Shown in pieces: positions 55,587-63,708 of a stretch of 64,000 nucleotides of DNA. Every line of letters starts with the position of its first letter. Within the stretch, counting starts at the first letter, position 1. The notes beneath the pieces are model-generated. The model was not told where the DNA came from. It made no database searches and saw only the letters and a list, made by a program, of their open reading frames with translations. Source of the DNA: a virus (taxonomy: Duplodnaviria > Caudoviricetes); the IMG/VR virus record IMGVR_UViG_3300048852_000007, positions 1 to 64,000 of that record. One strand, given 5' to 3'. The position numbers and the translations under genes are program-made.

Positions 55587-55978
55587 TGAATGACCTCATC
55601 AAGCGGCTTGAGACTGTGACAGGGCCGGATCGGGCGCTGGATGGCGAGATCTGGCGCGAGGTGAATGGGTGGCCGATCGAGGCAGGGTTCGAGTTCGGCT
55701 CTGGTATCTGGCATCGGCAAGATCCCAAGGATCTGTGCGCTTATGAGGCACCACCTTTGTTCACCTCCAGCATCGACGACGCGATGACGCTGGTGCCGGA
55801 GGGGTGGCTTTGGACAGTGGCAACCTACTGGTGCGATGGCAGCGCAAAGCCGCCTTACTTTGCAGATTGTGCCCCAAGCGCCCTTCGAGATGGCTCGGAT
55901 GTCGAGGTGTCGCAAGCTTGGGCCGCCATTCCCGCCCTAGCCCTTTGCATCGCTGCCCTGAAGGCACGAGCAGTATGA
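55586..55978 (+). CDS. Phage hypothetical protein (GPDRALD...FTSSIDDAMTLVP...ALALCIAAL family)
   Basis: Recurrent alphaproteobacterial-phage motif; TGATG overlap. Confidence 0.72.
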   Translation: MNDLIKRLETVTGPDRALDGEIWREVNGWPIEAGFEFGSGIWHRQDPKDLCAYEAPPLFTSSIDDAMTLVPEGWLWTVATYWCDGSAKPPYFADCAPSALRDGSDVEVSQAWAAIPALALCIAALKARAV

Positions 55979-56184
55979 AACCCCGCTTCAAGGACGGTGC
56001 TCGTGTGAAGATGCTTGGTGAGCCTAAGCCTATCGGTGCAGGCGTCACCAGGCGCTTCGATGCAGGCACTGTCCTGCGAAGTGAAGCCTCAGACTACCCA
56101 TTCGAGGTGGTCGTGGTTCAGTGGGATGGAGAGACTGATCCTCTATATGCCTGGGCTCTCGACTTGGAGCCGGCCGAAGCTTAA
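55975..56184 (+). CDS. Small SH3/KOW-like hypothetical protein, 69 aa
   Basis: RF..G.RV...GTV...V.VQWDG pattern; ATGA overlap. Confidence 0.62.
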   Translation: MKPRFKDGARVKMLGEPKPIGAGVTRRFDAGTVLRSEASDYPFEVVVVQWDGETDPLYAWALDLEPAEA

Positions 56185-56209
56185 CCAACCCACCGTTCAG
56201 TGCTGAACC

Positions 56210-56243
56210 AAGGGAGAGAGCATCCAGCTCTCTCCCTTTTCTA
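56210..56243 (+). terminator. Rho-independent terminator
   Basis: AAGGGAGAGAGC-ATCCA-GCTCTCTCCCTT followed by TTCT. Confidence 0.82.
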
Positions 56244-56265
56244 ATTCCAAGGGGAGATAGTCACC

Positions 56266-56394
56266 ATGGTGATCGGCATCTCACTGCTCATCAGTGCAGT
56301 GCTCGTTGGTCTGATGGTTGGGCTCATGCAGTGGCGCATCCATTGTGAGAACAAGGCTTACCGTGAACGCTTGAAGGAGTTGGATCAACCATGA
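56266..56394 (+). CDS. 42-aa single-TM peptide
   Basis: GGGGAG RBS; ATGA overlap with the next gene. Confidence 0.62.
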   Translation: MVIGISLLISAVLVGLMVGLMQWRIHCENKAYRERLKELDQP

Positions 56395-56654
56395 GGACCA
56401 TCGTTCTCCGCAATGGCACGAACTTCACGCCATCCGAGGAGACCAAGACTGAATTCCGCAGCACCATTGGCTATCTGACCCAGTGGCAGCTGTCCACACA
56501 CCTCTATGGTCATGTGGAGCTGAGCATCCACAGCAATGGGGATATGGCTGCGGCTTATTGGACCAGCATCGAGGATGATGTGCTTTCTCTGGCTCCGAAA
56601 GCCTTCCTCTTCGCTGAGCGTCGTGAGGACGGCAGCTATCGTCTACGGTCTTAA
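56391..56654 (+). CDS. Hypothetical protein, 87 aa
   Basis: AAGGAG RBS. Confidence 0.7.
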   Translation: MRTIVLRNGTNFTPSEETKTEFRSTIGYLTQWQLSTHLYGHVELSIHSNGDMAAAYWTSIEDDVLSLAPKAFLFAERREDGSYRLRS

Positions 56655-56666
56655 AGGGACACTGTA

Positions 56667-57050
56667 ATGAGTAAGGTGGTCTTCGTCTTCGCCACTAACG
56701 AACGTGGCATCCATGATTCGGGTATCGCCAGAATTGCTTACGATCTGCATGGTGCCCGCATGAAGTTTAGCTACGGACACATGGGCAACAGCTTCGCTAT
56801 TCCCTTCTTGGCTCAAAATCTGACACCTCTGCCCCATCACAGAATCAGTCAATACGTCCAAGGTTTTCTGGCCTATGCCCATGGCCATCCTGAGCTGACG
56901 TTTAAGGTCACTCAGATCGGACATGAACTTGGACGCGAAGAGGAAGAGGCTATCGCACGCCTCTTCGCTGCTGCTCCACAAAACTGCACCTTTAATGTGA
57001 GCTGGAAGCCGTTTCTGGGTGCTGGATACCACTACTGGTCTGCGACCTGA
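56667..57050 (+). CDS. Phage macro-like/YspA-associated protein (VFVFGSN..G.HG.G family, diverged motif)
   Basis: VFVFATNERGIHDSGIARIA...GNSFAIP...F..YA..HPELTF.VT.IG pattern. Confidence 0.65.
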   Translation: MSKVVFVFATNERGIHDSGIARIAYDLHGARMKFSYGHMGNSFAIPFLAQNLTPLPHHRISQYVQGFLAYAHGHPELTFKVTQIGHELGREEEEAIARLFAAAPQNCTFNVSWKPFLGAGYHYWSAT

Positions 57051-57065
57051 ACCAAGGAGATCACC

Positions 57066-57452
57066 GTGACCGAGACACTTGATGCGCTCCCTTTCAAGAT
57101 GGAGCGTCCCTTCCACCGTGAAGACTATCAGAATGGTAGGTTGACCATCTGCTTCACCGATGCTGCGCACCTGACTGACAGCTGGAACTTCGCCAGGAAG
57201 CACGGACGTGGTGCAGACTTCGCTCTTGCCATGATGCAGCTCATCAGTGTGGCACTTGGAGCCACTCTGCCGCAGCGTGAGTGTGTATGGCCGGATGGGG
57301 ACGTGAGTCCTGCCAAACCTGGCACAGACCACAAGATCACCATCAGCCCTGACAGCCATACCGCTCCCAGCTTCTTATGGCAGGAGGAGAAGGGCATGGT
57401 CGGTGGTCTGATCTGGCATCACCGTAGTGGTGATTGGTCCATTCACACATGA
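57066..57452 (+). CDS. DUF4120-like protein
   Basis: PSF.W......GGLIWH....WSIHT C-terminus. Confidence 0.6.
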   Translation: MTETLDALPFKMERPFHREDYQNGRLTICFTDAAHLTDSWNFARKHGRGADFALAMMQLISVALGATLPQRECVWPDGDVSPAKPGTDHKITISPDSHTAPSFLWQEEKGMVGGLIWHHRSGDWSIHT

Positions 57453-57802
57453 CCTACGCCGAGCTCGACGCAAGAGACGTTCTCAAAGCCTGTGATCTCT
57501 ACTTTGAGCGCCACAAACGCCGCATTGATGGAGATCGAGAGAGCTTCATCGAGACCTACACCAAACCTAGATCAGGGCTTCTGGCTCGGATCTTTGGCAA
57601 GGGAATGACCAGAGAAGAGGCTTCGCACCTCTGGGAAACCGAACATGCGTGGATCTCCGAAATCACCGGAGGTCTTGAGGCCCAGCGCATGAAGAATGTC
57701 AGGGAGCTGGCTCGCTTCGCGGCGACACAGCGTATTCCGGTCAATGTCTCAAGCGATGACTTCATTTCCCTGAGAACACACCTGTGGAGTCTCCACAGCT
57801 GA
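57449..57802 (+). CDS. Hypothetical protein, 117 aa
   Basis: ATGA overlap with the upstream gene. Confidence 0.68.
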   Translation: MTYAELDARDVLKACDLYFERHKRRIDGDRESFIETYTKPRSGLLARIFGKGMTREEASHLWETEHAWISEITGGLEAQRMKNVRELARFAATQRIPVNVSSDDFISLRTHLWSLHS

Positions 57803-57816
57803 ACCAAGGAGCAAGC

Positions 57817-58650
57817 ATGTCGGACACTACCGAGACACAAACCAAGCTGGTTGCCAAGCAAATCGAACTTGAGAAGCTTTATAGCAAGAACCAGCTCATC
57901 CCTCGGATCCGAGCTGAGTTCCAGAACTGTCCTAACTTCGATTTCTCAGCCTATTTCATCGAGAAGGGGATCCCCATTCCCTTCGGTTTTGACTTCCTGG
58001 TTCAGATGGCCATCCACAAGCGGGCCAATCTCTCGACCATGGTAGGGCTGCTCTACCACCACTTCGGCAATGGCCAGACCACAGCGGACATGCTCAAGCG
58101 GGCCTGTGAGGCTGACCTGGCTGACTGGAGCCCGGAGCTGAAGCTCTTCGTGGTGAAGTTCGAGATCAGTGCTGATGTCCAGGAGGAGCTGGATCGTTTC
58201 CAGTTTCCCTTGCCCATGGTGGTGGAGCCTAAGCCCATCCGAACCAACAGGGATACCGGCTACTTCATGGGTGGTGGCTCAGTGATCCTGAAGCAGAACC
58301 ACCATGAGGAGGATGTCTGCCTGGATCACCTGAACAGGCTGAACCAGGTGCGCTTCACCATCAACGAAGAGGTGGTGAAGATGGTGAAGAACAAGTGGAA
58401 GAACCTGGACCGACCCAAAGAGGGAGAGACCAGGGAAGAGTATGAGCGCAGGAAGAAGGCGTTCTGCAAGTATGACCGGACAGCAAAGGATGTGATGAAG
58501 GTGCTCATGGAGCACTCTGATCATTTCCACCTCACTCACAAATACGACAAGAGAGGCCGCACATACTGTGTCGGCTATCAAGTTAACTATCAAGGCAATG
58601 AGTGGAACAAGGCTGTGATCGAGTTTTCGAATAAGGAGGTAATCGAATGA
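57817..58650 (+). CDS. RNA polymerase II subunit 1 (N4 gp15-like)
   Basis: QIELEKLYSKNQ; FPLPMVV.P; THKYDKRGRTYC.GYQVNYQG. Confidence 0.93.
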   Translation: MSDTTETQTKLVAKQIELEKLYSKNQLIPRIRAEFQNCPNFDFSAYFIEKGIPIPFGFDFLVQMAIHKRANLSTMVGLLYHHFGNGQTTADMLKRACEADLADWSPELKLFVVKFEISADVQEELDRFQFPLPMVVEPKPIRTNRDTGYFMGGGSVILKQNHHEEDVCLDHLNRLNQVRFTINEEVVKMVKNKWKNLDRPKEGETREEYERRKKAFCKYDRTAKDVMKVLMEHSDHFHLTHKYDKRGRTYCVGYQVNYQGNEWNKAVIEFSNKEVIE

Positions 58651-58823
58651 TCAGCGTAACTGAACTGAAGACTTGGATGGCAACCTTGGAGGACACCAGT
58701 TCCGTTGCCATTGACGATGGTGGCTTGACACTAGTGGAGTTGAACATCTTCAACGAAGAAACCGGAGCCTATTTGGAAATTGGTGGGCTTCCACTGAAAG
58801 AAGATGAGGAGATCGCTCCGTGA
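58647..58823 (+). CDS. Acidic hypothetical protein, 58 aa
   Basis: AAGGAGG RBS; overlaps both neighbours. Confidence 0.65.
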   Translation: MISVTELKTWMATLEDTSSVAIDDGGLTLVELNIFNEETGAYLEIGGLPLKEDEEIAP

Positions 58824-59053
58824 TCTGGGTTCTTGTTATCCTGGCTCTCAACCTACCGTTGGGAACCATCCCCAGAGGGGACATCGCAGGTATCGTTCAC
58901 CTGTCGAATGAGGAGTGCCAGGCTGAGCGTGTCAGGCTGGATCGCTACCTGAAGGAGCAGGGTGCAGTGCTCAACGTGATCTGCATCGCTGCTGATAACA
59001 CCCCTGCACCTGCTCATCAGCCAACGAGTAATGGTTCGAGGCGGCGTAGCTGA
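58820..59053 (+). CDS. Small signal-peptide protein with two Cys
   Basis: Hydrophobic N-terminus; GTGA overlap. Confidence 0.62.
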   Translation: MIWVLVILALNLPLGTIPRGDIAGIVHLSNEECQAERVRLDRYLKEQGAVLNVICIAADNTPAPAHQPTSNGSRRRS

Positions 59054-59068
59054 ACAAAGGAGAAAGAC

Positions 59069-59278
59069 ATGCCTAAGTTCAAGGTGACCATCAACCAGCT
59101 CCGGTGGGAAACGGCGTCAGAGATTATAGAGGCCGATACCGCCGAAGAGGCAGAAGACAAGATGCACACCCTCAATGAGAGCGGTGAACTCGCAGACTGG
59201 GACACAGGAGATGTCTTTGTCGATGATACAGGCATCGTTGCTTCCCCTGAAATCTATGCCGAGCCTGTAGAAGACTGA
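59069..59278 (+). CDS. Acidic hypothetical protein, 69 aa
   Basis: TGAACAAAGGAG junction RBS. Confidence 0.7.
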   Translation: MPKFKVTINQLRWETASEIIEADTAEEAEDKMHTLNESGELADWDTGDVFVDDTGIVASPEIYAEPVED

Positions 59279-59309
59279 ACCAATCCCACCCAACGCAAGG
59301 AGCAACTCG

Positions 59310-60551
59310 ATGCAGACGTTCACGGGAAAGCAGTACCTCCAGATCGACATCGCTGGAAACTTCAACAGTGCCTTAGACAAGATCAGTTGGGATGAGCGTC
59401 TGGTTTGGTTCGAGGAGCACAAAGACCACCTGTACGATCTCCTGCCTCAAGCAGAGAAACCAGCACTCTATTTCGCTGGCCTTGAAGCATGGGAAGCGGT
59501 GCAGCGTAGTGAACCCATCGGCTATCCGATCTCTCTCGATGCCACAGCTTCGGGCTTGCAAATCCTGGCTTGCCTAACAGGCGATCGTTCAGCTGCTGAG
59601 ATCTGTAATGTGGTGAACACGGGCAACCGTGAGGATGCTTACACCCACATTTGGCAGACCTTGCAAACCAAGGTGGGTGCAGCGGTCCAGGTAACCCGGC
59701 AGCAAGCCAAGGATGCCTGTGTCCCTGCCTTCTATGGTTCCAAAGCGAAACCCAAGGAGATCTTCGGAGAAGCACTCCTGACTAAGTTCGAGGAGACGAT
59801 GGGAGAGTTGACTCCGGCCTGCTGGGAGCTGAACCAGGCATTCCTGGCCATCTGGGATCCGGATGCCCTCTCCAATGACTGGGTGCTGCCGGACAATTTC
59901 CATGTGAAGTGCAAGGTCATGAACCAGGTGACCGAGAGTGTGCAGTTCCTGAACGAGCCCTTCGATATCCACCGCAAGGTCAATGCCCCGACCAAGGAGG
60001 GAAGGTCTCTGGGAGCCAATGTCACCCACTCTCTGGATGGGATGATCGTCCGGGAGATGGTGCGTCGGTGCAGCTATGAACCAAGCACAGTAAGTCGCAT
60101 TCGCAGCCTGCTGGATGCGATGGCAGAGCAGAGACTCGACACGTCCAAGATCGTAAGCACGGCTAACAACGCAGCACAGGACGATGCTGACGCCCGCATG
60201 GTACGGATCCTCTGGGATCACTATCACGCCTCGGGTTATCTCTCTGCCCGCATTCTGGATCACTTGAAACTATCGAATATCTTGATCGTAGATCCCTATG
60301 TGATCCGCGAGCTGATCGACAGCCTCCCCGAGAAACCCTTCCAGATCATCTCGGTGCATGACTGCTTCAGGTGCCTGCCCAGCTACGGCAATGACCTGCG
60401 AGCCCAGTACAATCGCCAGCTCTATGAAATCGCCAGATCCAACCTGCTGAGCTTCATCCTGAGCCAGCTGGTGGGACGTACCGTGAAGATCGGTAAGCTC
60501 GATTCGAGTTTGGCGAATGACATCCTGGATAGCGACTACGCCCTCAGCTGA
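59310..60551 (+). CDS. RNA polymerase II subunit 2 (N4 gp16-like)
   Basis: YLQIDIA; ISLDATASGLQI (motif A); AKDACVPAFYGS (B); ISVHDCF (C). Confidence 0.95.
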   Translation: MQTFTGKQYLQIDIAGNFNSALDKISWDERLVWFEEHKDHLYDLLPQAEKPALYFAGLEAWEAVQRSEPIGYPISLDATASGLQILACLTGDRSAAEICNVVNTGNREDAYTHIWQTLQTKVGAAVQVTRQQAKDACVPAFYGSKAKPKEIFGEALLTKFEETMGELTPACWELNQAFLAIWDPDALSNDWVLPDNFHVKCKVMNQVTESVQFLNEPFDIHRKVNAPTKEGRSLGANVTHSLDGMIVREMVRRCSYEPSTVSRIRSLLDAMAEQRLDTSKIVSTANNAAQDDADARMVRILWDHYHASGYLSARILDHLKLSNILIVDPYVIRELIDSLPEKPFQIISVHDCFRCLPSYGNDLRAQYNRQLYEIARSNLLSFILSQLVGRTVKIGKLDSSLANDILDSDYALS

Positions 60552-60563
60552 ACCAAGGAGAAG

Positions 60564-60962
60564 ATGATGATTCTTGACCCTGAACTTGAATACAAACCCG
60601 CTGCAACCATGCAAGAGGGAAAAGATTATCTACGTTGGCTCCCTACTGTGGTTGTGAGTCGTGCGGGTGATCCAGTAGAGGTCACTGTAGTTTCTTGTAA
60701 GAAATTCTCTCGTCAAGAGGATGCGACTGAAGAGGCTCGTGAATACCTGGCTGGCATATTCGCAGAAGAACGTACTCGTTATCAGAAGCTGGCTAAGGCA
60801 GCTCCCTCCATGCTCCAGCTCCTGGAGTGCATTGAGGAAGCCTGGGGAGAGACCCTGGATAGCGACAAGGACATCGACTACTTCGATGTAGCCCGCTGGG
60901 TCTTTGATACCCTCATGCCGGAGGTCCGCAAAGAGATTGCCAAGGCTAAGGGAGAGTCATGA
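60564..60962 (+). CDS. Hypothetical protein, 132 aa (C-terminal AAP..L..L...IAKAKG motif)
   Basis: Junction-motif RBS at 60549. Confidence 0.7.
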   Translation: MMILDPELEYKPAATMQEGKDYLRWLPTVVVSRAGDPVEVTVVSCKKFSRQEDATEEAREYLAGIFAEERTRYQKLAKAAPSMLQLLECIEEAWGETLDSDKDIDYFDVARWVFDTLMPEVRKEIAKAKGES

Positions 60963-61024
60963 TCGCTGTCTGGATCCTCTTCATAGCCCTAGGGATCACT
61001 CGTCCATGGAAGACAGAAGTATGA
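60959..61024 (+). CDS. Candidate 21-aa hydrophobic micropeptide MIAVWILFIALGITRPWKTEV
   Basis: ATGA overlaps at both ends; GGGAGAG RBS. Confidence 0.55.
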   Translation: MIAVWILFIALGITRPWKTEV

Positions 61025-61278
61025 CTGAAATTATCCTATCAGCTGATCCTGCCTGGTTCGGTGCTAAAGGAGACGGCATCACTGACGACACCCAGGCCAT
61101 GCAGGACACCATTCAATGGCTCCTGGCTCGGGGAGGCGGAACTCTGGACGGCTCCTGGCGCACATACAAAGTGTCTAAGCATCCCTTGAAATGGCCAGGA
61201 GACCGTTCGGTGATGATAACTCACTGCCAATTTGAAGTGGAGGAGATTGAAGGTAATCAGGATCCTTCCTCTAACTAA
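61021..61278 (+). CDS. 85-aa stand-alone fragment resembling the first rung of a pectate-lyase-3/tailspike beta-helix
   Basis: WFGAKGDGITDDTQAMQ..I......GGGTL......Y.V motif. Confidence 0.7.
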   Translation: MTEIILSADPAWFGAKGDGITDDTQAMQDTIQWLLARGGGTLDGSWRTYKVSKHPLKWPGDRSVMITHCQFEVEEIEGNQDPSSN

Positions 61279-61369
61279 TGACGTTGTAGATACCGTCCTC
61301 CTCTTACGATAAAAGTTACAAGCTGTCCTTTCCGGACAGTTTGTTTCTTTGAGGAAGGATAGTCAACCC

Positions 61370-61858
61370 ATGGCTACATATCAGGTTGCCTGGAATGCCA
61401 CGACCAAAGCGGCCACCGTTCAGGCCAATGGGGATGCTCTCCCCGGTGGTTCCACCAAAGTAGGGACGTTCGTCTATACCCCGACTTCAGGGGTTTATGG
61501 CGCAACCACCCCGCAGGTGCTCTACCACTACGTCCGTGATGTCCTGTATGCGGTCGATGTGGAGGATATGCAGAGCCTGACGATCGCAGAGGACACTGCT
61601 TATGTGGCCCTGAGTTCGATCGTCATTGCTCCTGGCACGGTCAGCATCGCTGTGGCGGCGACCCAGCAGCTCACCATCACCCCGACACCGGCTGATGCCA
61701 GCAACACTGCGGTGGCCTGGACCACCAGTGATGCGACCAAGGCCACTGTCAGCGCCTCGGGCCTGGTCACGGGTGTGGCTGCTGGTTCGGCCACGATCAC
61801 CGCCACTTCGGTGGATGGTGCGAAGGTTGCGACCCGGACTGTCACCGTTACCGCTTAA
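61370..61858 (+). CDS. Ig-like (Big_2) capsid decoration protein (N4 gp17-like)
   Basis: QLTITPTPADASN.AV.WTTSD..KATVS.SGLVTGVA.GSATIT.TS.DG; located downstream of RNAP2 as in N4. Confidence 0.85.
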   Translation: MATYQVAWNATTKAATVQANGDALPGGSTKVGTFVYTPTSGVYGATTPQVLYHYVRDVLYAVDVEDMQSLTIAEDTAYVALSSIVIAPGTVSIAVAATQQLTITPTPADASNTAVAWTTSDATKATVSASGLVTGVAAGSATITATSVDGAKVATRTVTVTA

Positions 61859-61876
61859 GCCTCTGATTAACCAATC

Positions 61877-61916
61877 GGCCGGCTCCCCTGGATAAGGGAA
61901 GCCGGCCTTCTTTTTT
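61877..61916 (+). terminator. Rho-independent terminator
   Basis: GGCCGGCT.CCC / GGG.AGCCGGCC followed by TTCTTTTTT. Confidence 0.82.
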
Positions 61917-61939
61917 CTTGAACCAAGGAGCCCACCTCA

Positions 61940-62908
61940 ATGCCGAGCCTGCTTGAAGCCAATCCCGTCTATAAGCCGTTCCACTACCCATGGTGCTACG
62001 ACGCCTGGCTGACCCAACAGAAGAGTCACTGGCTGCCTGAGGAGGTACCTCTCTCCGAAGACGTGAAGGATTGGCAAGGCAAGCTCACTGAATCTGAGAA
62101 GAACCTGCTGACCCAGATCTTCCGATTCTTCACCCAGGCTGATGTGGAAGTGGGTGATTGCTACATGACCAAGTACAGTGCGGTGTTCAAGCCCACTGAG
62201 GTCAAGATGATGCTGGCAGCTTTCTCGAATATCGAGACAGTCCACATCGCTGCCTATTCGCATCTACTGGATACCATTGGCATCCCTGAAGCTGAATACG
62301 CTGCCTTCCTCAAGTATGCTGAGATGAAGGCGAAGTATGACTACATGCACAGCTTCACGGTCGAGAATAAGCACGAGATTGCCAAGACCATGGCAGCCTT
62401 CGGTGCCTTCACCGAAGGGCTCCAGCTCTTCGCCTCCTTCGCCATCCTGATGAACTTCCCCAGGTTCAATAAGATGAAGGGGATGGGTCAGATCGTCACC
62501 TGGTCGGTGCGGGACGAGACCCTGCACTGCAATTCCATGATCAAGCTCTTCCGGACCTTCATCCAGGAGAACCCTGAGATCTGGACGGAGCGACTCCGGG
62601 CTGAGATCTACCTGGTCTGTGCCACCATGGTCGAGCATGAGGACGCCTTCATCGACCTGGCCTTTGAGATGGGTGACATCGAGGGTCTGTCTGCACAGGA
62701 TACCAAGACCTACATCCGGTTCATCGCTGATCGCCGGCTGGAGCAGCTGGGCCTGGAGACGATGTTCAACTCGGCTGACAAGCATCCTCTCCCTTGGCTC
62801 GATGAGATGCTCAACGCGGTTGAGCATCAGAACTTCTTCGAGGGACGGGCCACGGAGTACAGCAAGGCCAGCACTGAGGGCAGTTGGGAAGAGGTGTGGG
62901 CAGCCTGA
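61940..62908 (+). CDS. nrdB: Ribonucleotide reductase class I beta subunit
   Basis: WLPEEVPLSED; FFTQADVEV; ETVHIAAY (radical Tyr); FTEGLQLFASF; WSVRDETLH iron ligands. Confidence 0.95.
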   Translation: MPSLLEANPVYKPFHYPWCYDAWLTQQKSHWLPEEVPLSEDVKDWQGKLTESEKNLLTQIFRFFTQADVEVGDCYMTKYSAVFKPTEVKMMLAAFSNIETVHIAAYSHLLDTIGIPEAEYAAFLKYAEMKAKYDYMHSFTVENKHEIAKTMAAFGAFTEGLQLFASFAILMNFPRFNKMKGMGQIVTWSVRDETLHCNSMIKLFRTFIQENPEIWTERLRAEIYLVCATMVEHEDAFIDLAFEMGDIEGLSAQDTKTYIRFIADRRLEQLGLETMFNSADKHPLPWLDEMLNAVEHQNFFEGRATEYSKASTEGSWEEVWAA

Positions 62909-62981
62909 CCATTACGTCAGACCCCCCTGATTGGTTTTCTGGGTTGAGGTAGCTTAGAGAGGCCGGGTTAGGGGACCTCTG

Positions 62982-63269
62982 ATGCCAACCGACGACGACG
63001 ATAACCAGATCACCATCCACTCCGTCACCATCACGCCAGACATGGTGGACGCCGAGGCCAAGCGATTCGCCATGAGGAGCGGGGGTATCCTCCTCATGGC
63101 AATGGCTGAGAAGAACATCACCGAGGATCAGCTGGCGCACATGCTCAATGTGCCCAAGCGGCAGATCCGTCAGCTCCTCCTAGGAGAGAGACACCAGGCT
63201 TACCTGCCTTTGGCAGCTCTCTGCCTGGCTCTAGGGATCCGGATGGATCTCCGAACCAATATGACCTGA
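62982..63269 (+). CDS. Cro/CI-type HTH DNA-binding protein
   Basis: NITEDQLAHMLNVPKRQIRQLLLG...LAALCLALG pattern. Confidence 0.72.
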   Translation: MPTDDDDNQITIHSVTITPDMVDAEAKRFAMRSGGILLMAMAEKNITEDQLAHMLNVPKRQIRQLLLGERHQAYLPLAALCLALGIRMDLRTNMT

Positions 63270-63283
63270 CCACCTAGCATAAT

Positions 63284-63364
63284 CTGTCCCGACGCCTCTC
63301 ATTGAAGCGCACCACGCTCCCTGAAATGACAGGGTAGACCTGCTGGACGCGGCAGGACGGACAG
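63284..63364 (+). ncRNA. Candidate small multi-branch RNA
   Basis: Closing stem CTGTCC/GGACAG with two internal hairpins; terminator just downstream. Confidence 0.3.
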
Positions 63365-63394
63365 CTTTCTTCTAAACTACCGATCAAACCAACC

Positions 63395-63424
63395 AGGCCG
63401 GTCTCGAAAGAGGCCGGCCTTTTT
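63395..63424 (+). terminator. Rho-independent terminator
   Basis: AGGCCGGTCTC-GAAA-GAGGCCGGCCT followed by TTTT. Confidence 0.82.
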
Positions 63425-63448
63425 CATGCCTGAACCAAGGAGCACACA

Positions 63449-63679
63449 ATGACCCCGGATGAAGTGCGCAAGATCCGAGAAGAGTACGCAGAGACCATGC
63501 AGCTCGCTGGTGAGCTGCGAGAGAGTGCCGAGAAGGTCCGTACAGGCTCGATGGTGTACGGCGGCCTTTTTGGCCGCTTTCTTCTTTGGTTCGCCAACTT
63601 CGCTGATCGCAAGGCCGATGAGAAGGAAGCCCAGTCTCGTGAGCGGGTCAGGAAGACCTATCCGGGCTGGAATCCCTGA
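63449..63679 (+). CDS. Hypothetical protein, 76 aa
   Basis: Junction-motif RBS at 63431. Confidence 0.7.
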   Translation: MTPDEVRKIREEYAETMQLAGELRESAEKVRTGSMVYGGLFGRFLLWFANFADRKADEKEAQSRERVRKTYPGWNP

Positions 63680-63708
63680 TCTCAATCTGAACTAAGGAGC
63701 AATACTCA

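Larger units (their letters stand above)
566..63699 (+). repeat. Dispersed 12-bp gene-junction motif TGAACCAAGGAG
   Basis: Perfect copies start at 3787, 49466, 49698, 51552, 52501, 52949, 53157, 57048, 57800, 60549, 61919, 63431; near copies at 566, 49161, 53954, 56204, 59051, 63688. Confidence 0.92.
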
